The notes beneath the pieces were generated by a model. It saw only the letters and a program-made list of their open reading frames with translations, ran no database searches and had not been told where the DNA came from. 64,000 bases of DNA from a virus: the IMG/VR virus record IMGVR_UViG_3300046715_000149, positions 2,493 through 66,492 of that record; one strand, given 5' to 3'. Position numbers and translations under genes: made by a program. Shown one piece after another: positions 38,658 to 49,050 of the stretch. How positions within the stretch are numbered: position 1 is the first letter of the stretch; each line of letters starts with the position of its first letter.

Positions 38658-39031
38658 TGGCTGAGACCACTCCCATCTTCCTGCCGGGTCCGATCACCAT
38701 GCAGGCCAGCGCGGCGGTCACCGGCGCCCGGCTGGTGGAGAACACCGGCGGCACGGCGAACGGCACCGTCGGCCCGGCCGGTGCGGCATCGGTCAAGGTT
38801 GTCGGCTACGCCGGCAACGACCAGGCCACCGTCGGCGGCAAGGTTCCGGTCTGGCCGCTCGCCGGTCACGTCTTCGAGATCCTGTGCACCGGTACCGTCG
38901 CGGCCGGCGACAATCTCGCCGCCGCCGTCAACGGCACGGTGGCGCCGATCGCGGCGGGCACCTTCGGGCAGCTCGTCGGGGTGGCGCTCACCGGCGCCAC
39001 CGACGCAAACATCCGGTTCCTGGGCCGGTAA
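38657..39031 (+). CDS. capsid decoration/cement protein (DUF2190-like)
   Basis: Gly/Ala-rich 124 aa, VVGYA..D, VAAGD, VGVAL; between scaffold and MCP. Confidence 0.75.
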   Translation: MAETTPIFLPGPITMQASAAVTGARLVENTGGTANGTVGPAGAASVKVVGYAGNDQATVGGKVPVWPLAGHVFEILCTGTVAAGDNLAAAVNGTVAPIAAGTFGQLVGVALTGATDANIRFLGR

Positions 39032-39044
39032 GGAGACCTGACCA

Positions 39045-39974
39045 ATGGCCATCACCTACCCGCCCACGGTTCCGACCCTCTCGGGCGACGTCCTCACCAT
39101 CTCGCGGTTCCTCAACACCCCGACCGCCGTGGCCCGCCGGCTGCGCACGATCGCTGAGAACCGCTTCATCGCCGACGTGCTGCTGTCCGGGCGCGTCGAG
39201 GGCTCCTCGATCCTGTACGAGACCGACGAGTCCATCTACACCTCCCGCGCCCCCGAGGTCGTCACGCCGGGCGGGCAATACCCGCGCTCGGTGGCGCCGA
39301 CCGGCACGGCCGCCGTGGCCAACCCGGTCAAGTGGGGCCAGGAGGTGCCGATCACCGACGAGGAGATCGGCCGCTTCCGCGGCGACGCCGTGGAGCGCAA
39401 CCTGCAGAAGATCGTGAACTACCTCGTGTTCACCGTCGACACGACCGCGCTCGCGGTCATCGCCGCCGGTGTCACCGCGTCGGTCGCCGCGCTGGTCGCC
39501 TGGAACACCCTGGCCACCGCCAACCCCGTGCTCGACCTGCTGCGGGCCAAGGCCACGATCCGCGCCACGAACAAGGGCTACGACCCGGACACCGTGGCGT
39601 GCGACGACTTCGCGTACGCCTACATCATCGGCAACTTCAACGTGCTGGCGACGATGGCTCGCGAGAACGGCCAGACCGCCAGCATCACCGGCAACGTGGT
39701 CGAGATCGCCGGACTGCGCATCCTGCCGACGCCGAACCTGCCTACCGCGGGCACGGCCATCGTCGTCGACTCGCGGGTTCTGGGCTCGCTCGGCTACGAG
39801 CGGATCCCGAGCCCGGAGTACTCGGGCGACCCGTCCACCGGCGTCGAGACGCAGTCCCGGCGCAATCCGGCCGGCAACGACGAGTGGCTGGTCCGCGGCC
39901 GCCGCCCGGTCGTCCCGTTCGTCCAGGAGCCCGGCGCCGGATGCAAGATTACCGGTATCGGCACCCTGACCTGA
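39045..39974 (+). CDS. major capsid protein
   Basis: 309 aa, synteny, EVVTPGGQYP, KWGQ..ITDE, VQEP.A. Confidence 0.88.
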   Translation: MAITYPPTVPTLSGDVLTISRFLNTPTAVARRLRTIAENRFIADVLLSGRVEGSSILYETDESIYTSRAPEVVTPGGQYPRSVAPTGTAAVANPVKWGQEVPITDEEIGRFRGDAVERNLQKIVNYLVFTVDTTALAVIAAGVTASVAALVAWNTLATANPVLDLLRAKATIRATNKGYDPDTVACDDFAYAYIIGNFNVLATMARENGQTASITGNVVEIAGLRILPTPNLPTAGTAIVVDSRVLGSLGYERIPSPEYSGDPSTGVETQSRRNPAGNDEWLVRGRRPVVPFVQEPGAGCKITGIGTLT

Positions 39975-39987
39975 TCGGAGACGAAGC

Positions 39988-40392
39988 ATGAAGCACGTCG
40001 TACTGTTCGACCGGCTGTCGTTCCAGAAGCACAAGCTCAACCCGGACGGCAGCCCGTCCATCGAGCCGGACGGCCCGGAAGAGGTTGTTCGCAAGGGCCA
40101 CGATGTCCCGGACTACGTTCAGGAATGGGAGCGTGCCGCGCTGGCGAACGCGGGCATGATCGTGCCGGTCGCGGACGTTCCGCAGCCGGTCGCCGTGCCC
40201 GAGCCGCTCGGCCCGCCCGAGCCGGTGATCCAGGAGCCCGAGGCTCCGACCGGTCCCGATCCGCGTGACAGCCGCGCGGCGTGGGAGGACTACGCGACCA
40301 GCCCGGCGGGCGGCATGACCGCCGACGAGGCCGCGTCGTATCCGAACAAGCAGGCGCTGATCGACGCGGTCAACGCCAAGACGAGTAAGTGA
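39988..40392 (+). CDS. head-associated protein with small C-terminal helical domain
   Basis: Follows MCP; P..RAAWEDYA...G...EA...KQALI. Confidence 0.65.
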   Translation: MKHVVLFDRLSFQKHKLNPDGSPSIEPDGPEEVVRKGHDVPDYVQEWERAALANAGMIVPVADVPQPVAVPEPLGPPEPVIQEPEAPTGPDPRDSRAAWEDYATSPAGGMTADEAASYPNKQALIDAVNAKTSK

Positions 40393-40443
40393 GCACGAGC
40401 GGCGGCCTCGTGGTGGCCGCCGCTCGTACGTAACGTCAATGCC

Positions 40444-40680
40444 ATGACATGGGAAGAGCGGATGGCAGCGAAGGCCGCCGAGCGGCGTGCCGCAGAGCCG
40501 ACACCAGTCGATCCCCACGAGGGGCACCACATTCATCACCTCGGCAACGCGGCGTGGTGCTCGTGCGGCGAGTTCGCCGGGGTCTTCTCGGTCGTCATCA
40601 CGCCCGAGATGATGGAGCCGGACTACGTTCCGCCAATGAGGTCGTGCCCGATCTGCGGTGAGACCGAAGGCCCTTATTGA
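40444..40680 (+). CDS. small Zn-binding hypothetical protein
   Basis: H...CSCG...CPIC. Confidence 0.55.
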   Translation: MTWEERMAAKAAERRAAEPTPVDPHEGHHIHHLGNAAWCSCGEFAGVFSVVITPEMMEPDYVPPMRSCPICGETEGPY

Positions 40681-40702
40681 TCAAAGACACTGAGGGGGGA
40701 TC

Positions 40703-41589
40703 GTGGCGTATGCACGGCATGTGACGCTCACGGCGAACACCGTGCAGACGTTCACGCTCACCGACAACTCGTCTGGGTTCGAGATCCTCAACCGCAGCGG
40801 GGCGGGTGAGATCTACATCAGCCACGACGGGACCGCCGCACCGACGGACCCGACCGTGGCCGGCAATGACTTCGACGTGGTGCCCGCCGCGATCGGTGCG
40901 GGTGCCCGCGTCCGGCGCACCGGGACCGCAGCCATCGTGGTCAAGGTGATCAGCGCGCAGGCCACGGCGGTCAGCTTCCGGAGCATCTCGTGAGCCGACA
41001 GGTCGATCGCGGGCCGACAGGCTTCGAGCGGTTCGGCGGCGGCGTCCCGGCGTTCTCGCCCGTCCCGGTGCCCGCCGACCACGGCTCGCTCGGCTGGACC
41101 TTCGACCCTGCCGATACTCAGGCCGGCACGATCCTGCCGACGGCGGGCAGGCTCGAGGTGGTCCGCATCCGCGCGACCGCCGCGCTGGTCACGAACATCA
41201 ACCTGCACGTAGTCACGGCCGGCGCGACGCTGACCGCCAACCAGTGCCTCGCCGCGCTCTACACCGACGCGGGCGTGCTGCTCTCGTCGACCGGCAACCA
41301 GGCAACCGCGTGGCAGTCGACGGGCATGAAGGTGTGCGCCCTGTCTGCCGCACAGGCGGTCACGCCGGGCCAGTGGTACCGCGTGGCCTTCTACGCGAAC
41401 GGCACGACGCTGCCGACCTTCGCCCGCGGGTCGTCTGTCGGTGCGGTCGGCTCGGACCTCATCAACTACGGCCTGTCGGCGCCGACGCTGCGGTTCTCCA
41501 CCGCGGACACCGGACGGACGACGACCATGCCGGGCACGCTCGGCGCCCAGACCGCCGCCCCCATCGCCTGGTGGGCCGGTCTTTCCTGA
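40703..41589 (+). other. two putative virion structural ORFs (40703-40993, 40990-41589)
   Basis: Thr/Ala/Gly-rich, beta-type composition, inside the structural operon. Confidence 0.6.
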
Positions 41590-41670
41590 CCCTCGGTACG
41601 CGCTCACCGGGGCCCGGCCCGCGGCGGCGGCGGGCTTCGTCTCCCTTGCCGCCGCCGCGGCCAACTCAAG

Positions 41671-41973
41671 TCAGCTGAGCGCCTCGTTCATCTCAAGAGC
41701 GAAGTGGTGATCGCGAGCAATGCGCGTCCCATCGGTCCGAACGCGGGGCTCGCTGGCACGCCAGTCCTCGCGCTGGCGCTTCGCCCGGATCTCTTCGGTG
41801 TAGGTGCAGTAAGCCTCGGTGATGTCACAGACGATCGACGCCTCATCCGTCGTCCCGTGCCCGCAATGCGAGTGGTACTCGCGCCAAGCGGCGACCTGCT
41901 TGCTCTCGGCCGCGGCCAGCACTCGGCGCATCTGCCCGTCTACCGCGTATCCGATGTCTGCGAAGCTGCCCAT
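41671..41973 (-). CDS. antisense insert, hypothetical, leaderless
   Basis: TTGCAT-N17-TACAGT-N6-ATG; motif copy at 41980-41990. Confidence 0.7.
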   Translation of the reverse strand: MGSFADIGYAVDGQMRRVLAAAESKQVAAWREYHSHCGHGTTDEASIVCDITEAYCTYTEEIRAKRQREDWRASEPRVRTDGTRIARDHHFALEMNEALS

Positions 41974-42021
41974 ACCCTTACTGTACTCCCACTAGACCGG
42001 AAATGCAAAGGAGTCCCCGAC

Positions 42022-44253
42022 ATGGGCAACGACTTCGGGCACGCGACCGACAGCATGTCCGTCGCCGTACGCACCGCGCTGGAGGAGTCCGGCTTCGGCA
42101 CGACGCACTGGCGGGTGGACCGCTGGGACGAAGAGCAGACCAACGACGCGATGCTCCGGCTGCGCGACCTCGGGATCGCGATCCCCGCTCGCATCTGCGG
42201 GGTGAAGGACAACCACGCGGACTACAGCGTCGCCATCACCCCCGAACTCTTCGCGCACGTCGGCATCCGGCCGTACGAGTCCAGCGAGGTCGTAGGCAAC
42301 CTCATCACCAACGCCGGGTGGACCCGGCTGATGAACCTGCTCACCAACCAGGGCGCGACGCAGGCACTGGACGCCACGCACGCGCGGATCGGGGTGGGCA
42401 ACAGCAACACGGCTGAGGCGTACACCGATACCGACCTCGGCGCGGCGGCCGGCTCGGCGAACCGCTGGTTCCAGCTGGTTTCCGGCGCCGGATCGCTCGG
42501 CACGCGCACTCTCGCATGGTCGGCGACGTTCGGCACGGCGGACGGCAACTTTGCCTGGAACGAGTTTGGGATCGACCAGGGCACGGCCAGCGGCAACACC
42601 GTGACGGCCATCCTGTTCAACCACAAAGCGTCGATCGCTCAGGGCACGAAGGCCAGCGGCCAGACCTGGACGGCGACCGCGACGCTGACCTTCACCTAGG
42701 AGACGAGCATGGCTGTCGGACGCGGCTTTACCAAGAACGACATCGACCAGCGCATGTCGGCGATCGTCGAGCAGGTCTGGGGCTCTCTGGACCTGGCCAA
42801 CCGGGCGTCGCTGTGGCTGGCGAACACGAACATCGTCCCGAACGACGCGGCCCTGGTTGCCCTCGGCTACACCGCAGGCGAGGTGACGACGCTGCGGACG
42901 GCGATGAACGACCTCGGCTCGTCGAACGGTCTGTGGGGTGTGGCGCACACCCTCAAGACGGTGCCGTCGGTGAACAACTTCTTCTTCACGGCCCAACTGC
43001 TGACCGGCGTCAATTACACCGGTTAAACCGGCGAGAGGTGAGCCGTGGCCCCGACGCCGGTCGCCCAGCACTACACCCAGATCAGCCCGCAGGGCACCTC
43101 GGCGCTGACCGTGACGTTCACTCCCGGCAACGGCGAGATCCTGGTGATCAAGCTGGCGACGTGGGACAGCGCATCCCCCCTGGGAGCCCCGTCCGGCGGC
43201 GGCCTGACGTACACGGCGAGGGTGACCAACGCTCCCGGTGGATTCAACCAGTGGGCGGCGATCTACACCGCGCCAGTCCTCACCTCGCCGGGCTCGATGA
43301 CGGTCAGCTCGACGCCATCGGTCAGCCTCCGCGGGTCGATGTGCGTCGAGCGCTGGTCGGGTGCGCAGCTCGCCGCGACGCCGATCACGGCGACATCTGC
43401 CTCCACCGGTGCCGCGACGGGCTCGATCACCCCGAGTGCGGGGACGAGCGTCATCCCCTGGGTCGCCGGCGATGTCAACTCGGTCAACCCGGGAACCCCC
43501 ACCTACCTCGCCTCAGCGACGCAGGACGGTCTCCGCGATGATCACGTCGGCAGCAACGGCGTGGACTATCACGCCTACCAGAACAGCACCGGAACCGGCG
43601 CGCAGAGCTACGGGCTGAGCGCTCCGACCGGCATGCAGTATGTGACCGCCGCGATCGAGGTACAGGACGCCGGCGGTGCGGCATTCATCGCGCCTAAGCC
43701 GCTGCTGGTCCGCCAGGCCGTCAAGCGCGCGAGTTTCTTCTAGGGAGCCCGGATGTCCGCCAAGACCTACAAGACCTACAACGGCGCGATGCCGACCACG
43801 GCGGCCCTGGCTCCGGTGGCGACCGGTACGGCGATCAAGACGCTGCTGCAGATCGCGATGCCGTCGACTGAGCAGATGCGGGTGATCGCGTGGGGGATCT
43901 CGTTCGACGGATCCGCCGCGGCGACACCCGGCAAGGTGGAGCTCATCGAGACCGATGTCGCGGCCACGGTCACCGCACACGTGGCGGCCGGGATCATCAA
44001 GCTGAACTCGCCCAACGACGTGGCGTCACTGGCCACGCTCGGCACCGCCGCGACAGGCTACACGGCCAGCGCCGAGGGCACGACCACCGCGTCCCGACTG
44101 CTCGACTACCAGCTGATCGCGCCGACCGGGCAGTACGGCTGGCAGAACCCTCTCAGCCGGGAGTGGGAGGTCGGCGTCAGCAAGTTCCTGCGCGTGCGCG
44201 TGACCTTCGGAACGACGGTCAACGCGATCACCTGGGTCGAGTGGGAAGAGTGA
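42022..44253 (+). other. four putative virion structural ORFs (42022-42699, 42709-43026, 43045-43743, 43753-44253)
   Basis: Good SDs, T/G/A/S-rich; NLITNAG...IGVG...NFAWNEFG motif in the first. Confidence 0.65.
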
Positions 44254-44278
44254 TCTGACCGAGCGAGAGGCGTAGCCG

Positions 44279-45415
44279 ATGGCCCGGATCGGTCGTAGCT
44301 TTCCCACCCATCCGCTGATCAAGCATCAGTCCCTCTTCCTGCCGTCCAACATCACCCTCGCCGACGCCGGGTCCGAGGCCGAGGCGCTCACGGCTACCGC
44401 GACAGTCCCGCTCGCCGATACCGGCGCCGGGACCGAGGCACTGACCGCGACCGTAGCCGCGCCGCTGGCGGACGCGGGCTCGAGCGCCGAGGCACTGGCG
44501 GCCACGGTCGCCGCGCCGCTGGCCGACGCCGGATCGGCCGTTGATTCCCTGACGGTCACGGTCGCGGCTCCGCTCGCCGACGCCGGCGCGGCGTCCGACG
44601 CCCTGGACAACGGGCTCGGCACGACCAAGTCGCTGACCGACACCGGCTCGGCGGCCGACACGCTCACCGTCACGGCGACGGTCCCGCTCGCCGACACGGC
44701 GACCGGCGCCGACGCGCTGGCGGTAACTGCGGCCGTCCCGCTCGCGGACACCGGGTCGGCCGCCCAGTCGCTGACCGCTACCGCCGCGGCACCGCTGGCG
44801 GACGCGGCGTCTTCCGGCGAGTCGTTGATCGCGAGCGTCACCGCCTCGCTCGCCGACAGCGCGGCGGCGGCCGACTCGCTGACCGCCACCGCGACCGTTC
44901 CGCTCGCCGACACCGGCGCCGCGTCGGACGCGATCGACAACGGTCTCGGCACGAACAAGGCCCTTGCCGACACCGGGGCATCCGCCGAGGCGCTGACCGC
45001 TACCGCGGCCACGCCGCTGGCCGACGCCGGATCCGGCGCCGACGCGCTCGGCGTGAGTGTGGCGCCGGCCCTGGCCGACACCGCCTCGGCGTTGACCACG
45101 CTGGCGGTGACCTCGGTCGCCGCGCCGCTGGCGGACGCGGGCTCCGCTGCCGACACGCTCAGCGTGCAGGTCACGCTGGCACTCACCGACACCGGGCACG
45201 CGGTGGACACCGCGGTCGGGCAGGACAATGCGTTCGTCCTGAAGTCCCTGAACGATTCAGGTTCGGCCGCAGACTCGTTCTTCTTCGTGCCTAGCCTGAT
45301 CACGGGCCGGCCCGCGGTGACCGGCGATCCGGCGACATCCAAGGCGACCGGCGATCCGGCCGTCGGGACCGTGACCGGCGATCCGGTCTACGCCAGCGCG
45401 ACGGGAGTGTACTGA
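44279..45415 (+). CDS. tandem-repeat (18-aa LAD.G repeat) fibre-like protein
   Basis: About 17 repeats of LADxGxxxDxLxxTxxxP plus three TGDP repeats. Confidence 0.75.
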   Translation: MARIGRSFPTHPLIKHQSLFLPSNITLADAGSEAEALTATATVPLADTGAGTEALTATVAAPLADAGSSAEALAATVAAPLADAGSAVDSLTVTVAAPLADAGAASDALDNGLGTTKSLTDTGSAADTLTVTATVPLADTATGADALAVTAAVPLADTGSAAQSLTATAAAPLADAASSGESLIASVTASLADSAAAADSLTATATVPLADTGAASDAIDNGLGTNKALADTGASAEALTATAATPLADAGSGADALGVSVAPALADTASALTTLAVTSVAAPLADAGSAADTLSVQVTLALTDTGHAVDTAVGQDNAFVLKSLNDSGSAADSFFFVPSLITGRPAVTGDPATSKATGDPAVGTVTGDPVYASATGVY

Positions 45416-46152
45416 TGCCGCAGACGGTGTACGACCTGGGCGACCCGATCACCAGCCGGCTCAAGCTGGGCGTCACGCCCGACGGATCCACGGTCGCCGC
45501 CGTGACGCTGCAGCGCCCGGACGGCACGTCGATCGCGGTTACGCCCGGCGCGTGGGTGGGCGACGAGAAGACGGCGCAGTTCTACGCGACCGACGACGGC
45601 ACGGTATCCGGCACGCTGCTGGCCGCGGCCGGCGACTGGCTGGCCGTGTGGAAGGTGACCGGCACCGGCGCCTCGGTCACGCCGAAGGTCTACAACGTCG
45701 CGCCGCTGCCCGGCACCAGTACCCGGCCGTCGTGGTCGCCGTTCCTGTCGGACGTGGCCGACCACGTGCCCTACCTGACGATCGACCCGACCATCCCCGG
45801 CTCGCAGGTCTACCTCGGCACGTTCACCGGCTACACCTCGCCGACCGACGAGCAGGCGCAGCGGCACATCGACATCGCCGTGTCGATCGTCGGCGCGGGC
45901 TTCGGCACGCTGACCGGCACGCTGCCTCGGATGGCCCGCTCGGTCGCCGCGACCTGGGCGGCCGCCACGCTCTGCCGCGCGTTCGCCCGCGACGCCGAGA
46001 CGGTAGCCCGGGCCGCCGACCTGATGCGCCAGGCGCAGGCCGACCTCAAGGTGCTCACGTCTGCCGTCGACAACACCGGCAGCACCACGCTCAACGCCGT
46101 ACCCGTGCTCAGGGCGCCCGATCCGGTGCCGTGGGGTGATCAGTATCTTTAG
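45415..46152 (+). CDS. head-tail adaptor-like protein with N-terminal Ig-like domain
   Basis: WSP..DVADHVP...GTFT..TSPTDEQA motif; synteny. Confidence 0.6.
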   Translation: MPQTVYDLGDPITSRLKLGVTPDGSTVAAVTLQRPDGTSIAVTPGAWVGDEKTAQFYATDDGTVSGTLLAAAGDWLAVWKVTGTGASVTPKVYNVAPLPGTSTRPSWSPFLSDVADHVPYLTIDPTIPGSQVYLGTFTGYTSPTDEQAQRHIDIAVSIVGAGFGTLTGTLPRMARSVAATWAAATLCRAFARDAETVARAADLMRQAQADLKVLTSAVDNTGSTTLNAVPVLRAPDPVPWGDQYL

Positions 46153-46167
46153 GATCTTGGAGGATCG

Positions 46168-47003
46168 ATGACCGACTTCGCTGCGGACTCGGTGGACAGC
46201 ATCACCGGCGGCACGCTGACCAAGCGCACGGGAACGGCAAGCGCGGACACCGTCCCCGCCGGGACCACCGTCCTGTGGGTCAACGGCGGGGCGGGCTCGC
46301 ACACCGTCACCCTGACCAACAACAAGACGGACCAGGGACTGACCATCTCCAGCCGTATCCTGACCATCCCTGCCGCCACGGCCTATCAGTCTCGCATCGA
46401 CCCGCTCACCGGCGACGCCAACGGCCGGGTAGCCGTGGCGATCAACGGCACGGCGGCCGAGGTCACCTACTACATCACCAATACCTAGGAGACGTCATGG
46501 CCAACGAGTACACCGCGCTGCGCAGCATCCTGGCACCGGGCACCAGCGTCTACGGCTACCACCGCGGCCAGCCGGTCATGGCGTCGGTCGTGGACGCGTG
46601 GTCGCTGAGCGTCGGCACCGCCAACGATCCGGACGCGGACGTGGTCGAGGGCGACCTGCCTGCCGACGAGCCCGCCGTTGCCCCCGCCCCGCGCCGCCCG
46701 ACCGAGGCCGACAACCGGGCGACGTGGGAGTCGTGGGCGGTCGCCAACGGCATGGACGCGCAGCAGGCGGCCGAGGCCAGCCAGGAGGACCTCGAGGCGG
46801 TGGGCGTCAGCGAGCAGGGCGAGCAGCCCGTGCGGCCGGCCGACACCGCCAAGAAGGCCGAGTGGCAGGCGTACGCCGCGCGACTGGGCGCCGACGAGAC
46901 CTGGGCATACGCCGACACGACCACGAAGGCCGACCTGCAGGCGTACGCGCCGCAGCCGGGTGACACCGTGGCCGTCGCGGCCACCGAGGCGAGTCAGGGC
47001 TGA
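46168..47003 (+). other. two structural-region ORFs (46168-46488, 46497-47003)
   Basis: SD GGAGG and AGGAG; the second has a duplicated RP..A..W..A...G domain. Confidence 0.6.
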
Positions 47004-47005
47004 CC

Positions 47006-47440
47006 GTGGCGCGCGACGTCGTGGTGGTCATGGACCCGCGCTGGGAGGTCGGCGTGCTCGGCCTGTCCGAGGACTGGCTGGACCAGGCCGCGGTCATCGT
47101 GGCCGGCGGCCAGAAGCGGCGCATCCCGGTCTCGGCCGACGGCAGCAACGGCAGGCCGGCCGGCTACGCGCGCGACCGCATCCACGTCGAGCGCGGCCGG
47201 GACGAGGCCGGCCCGTACCGCGACATCGGCTCGGACGCCGAGACGCCGGAGGGCTACCCCTACCCCCTAGGACTTGAGCTCGGCACGGCGCCGCACGTGA
47301 TCGAGCCGAAGGGGCCCGGCTACCCGCTGCGCGACTCGCACGGCAACGTGTTCGGCTACCACGTCGACCACCCGGGCACGCCGCCCTACCCGTGGTGCCG
47401 CGCCGCGCTGGCCGATCTCGTGGGTAGGGTCTTCCGGTGA
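47006..47440 (+). CDS. HK97 gp10-like neck/tail completion protein
   Basis: LELGTAPHVIEPK...VDHPGT.PYPW. Confidence 0.75.
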   Translation: MARDVVVVMDPRWEVGVLGLSEDWLDQAAVIVAGGQKRRIPVSADGSNGRPAGYARDRIHVERGRDEAGPYRDIGSDAETPEGYPYPLGLELGTAPHVIEPKGPGYPLRDSHGNVFGYHVDHPGTPPYPWCRAALADLVGRVFR

Positions 47441-47863
47441 CCACCACGGCGGCCAGCACCCGGCATCTGCTGACCCTCTGGCACGGCCAGAAGCCGTGGC
47501 ACTGGGCCGCTCTCAAGTACGGCCACGCCCAGCCGCTCGGCTTCCGCAACCACCTGCGCGCCCGCCGGTTCTGGCAGATCCACCTCACGCCCGTGCACAT
47601 CGAGCGCGACTACAGCAAGTGGAACGTCGGCATCTGCTGGGGCAAACGGACCGTCTACCTCATGGTGCACCGGTGACCGCCCTCGTCAAGCCATACGCGT
47701 ATCTGCCCGACTATGCCGATGTCGACTACGTGGACGGCAAGCTCTCCGTTGCGCAGGGGATCATCGCAAGGACGACTGACCCGGGTCTGAAGCGACGGTG
47801 GATGGAGACGGTGGACCTACTGCTTGAGCAGCGGTCGGCGCTGGCTTCGCTGGACGGTCAGCA

Positions 47864-48292
47864 GTGACCGCGCGGACCTACGCCGACGCAGTGGGCGTGA
47901 TGCGCGAATGGATCAACTCGCGCACGACCACGCTGGTCGGCGTCGGGCATCCGCTTCAGCAGGGCGCGCACCTGAAGAAGATCTCGGGCGGCGCACCTGC
48001 GGCGTACGCGTACCTGGAAGAGGGCATCTCGTTCCGCAGCGCGGACTCGCCGGAGAGCCCGGACATGCTCGCGGCCATGTCGGCGCAGATCTACGCGGAC
48101 ACCCGCGAGGCGGCCGGACTGGCCGCGACCGCGCTGGCCGAGGAGCTGAGCACGCAGCTCGAAGGTCGCGAGACCGCGGTGACGGGCGCGGTCATCTACG
48201 CGGTCGACGACATCCAGGGGCCGGCCTACGTGCCCGACGGCGACCGGCCGCGGCTGCTGCTCAACTGGACCGTTCGGATCCGGCCGACGTGA
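47864..48292 (+). CDS. tail terminator-like protein
   Basis: Size and synteny before the major tail gene; GPAYVPD..RPR. Confidence 0.6.
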   Translation: MTARTYADAVGVMREWINSRTTTLVGVGHPLQQGAHLKKISGGAPAAYAYLEEGISFRSADSPESPDMLAAMSAQIYADTREAAGLAATALAEELSTQLEGRETAVTGAVIYAVDDIQGPAYVPDGDRPRLLLNWTVRIRPT

Positions 48293-48296
48293 GCCG

Positions 48297-48614
48297 CTAG
48301 ACCAGCCGACCGGTCTTGCCGATTAGGTCGTCAGCGATGCCGGTCAGCACCTCGGCCTCGGCCTGCAACTCGCCGACGAGCCGCAGTAGGGCCTGTCGCT
48401 GGTCGATGATCCGGGTGCAGGCGCTCCATGCGGTGCCGTGGCCATAGTCGCCGTCGCCGCCGGGCGAGTATCCGGCCGCGATCAGTTCGTCGTAGACGCA
48501 CCGCTTCCCACGTCGGATCGGCGTGTCGAGGATTTTGCCGATCTCCGCGCGCACCTCGGCGGCGGCATCCTCCAGTCGGCGGCTGAGCTGATGCAGGTGC
48601 TCCAGGTTCTCCAT
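48297..48614 (-). CDS. antisense insert, coiled-coil hypothetical, leaderless
   Basis: TACAGT-N6-ATG; motif copy at 48621-48631. Confidence 0.7.
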   Translation of the reverse strand: MENLEHLHQLSRRLEDAAAEVRAEIGKILDTPIRRGKRCVYDELIAAGYSPGGDGDYGHGTAWSACTRIIDQRQALLRLVGELQAEAEVLTGIADDLIGKTGRLV

Positions 48615-48811
48615 GGAATTACTGTACTCCCAGCGGACCAACATCGCGATAGGCGGACTGGCGTGAGCAATCGGACGTGGGTGTGGCTCGTCCTGGTCTG
48701 CACGCTGCTGGCCCTGCTGGTGACGCTCGCGATCATCAACACGTGGATGACCGGATAGCGGCCCGAGGTCCCCATCGTTCCGGTCGCCGCAGTCACGTGA
48801 CCCGGCTGTCG

Positions 48812-48884
48812 TCCCAGGCGGGGAGTCGAACCCAACCTCTCGCCCTGCGTTCGGGCGAGCGCTCTGCCACTGAGCTAGCCCGGG
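48812..48884 (-). tRNA. tRNA-like element with 7-bp anticodon stem (loop GAACGCA)
   Basis: Acceptor CCCGGGC/GCCTGGG, TAGCTCAGTGGCAGAGC D arm, CTCGCCC-GAACGCA-GGGCGAG, GGTTCGACTCC T loop with a shortened stem. Confidence 0.7.
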
Positions 48885-49050
48885 TCGGGCCCGATGACCG
48901 CCACGCGGTCCGCCGAGGGCGGCGCTGGTCGCTTCGCTCAACCTGCGCGGGTTACACCGGGCACCTTGCCCACCACCTTAGCCACCCGGCCTCACGAGAG
49001 GTGCGGGTCTTCAGTACGCCCCTCGGGGGCTTTGATCTGAGGAGTGATCC

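Noticed and set aside
44357-45290. 54-bp periodic DNA repeats as a CRISPR array or DGR template
   Set aside because: Repeats are degenerate at synonymous positions and in frame, with no spacers, cas or reverse transcriptase genes.
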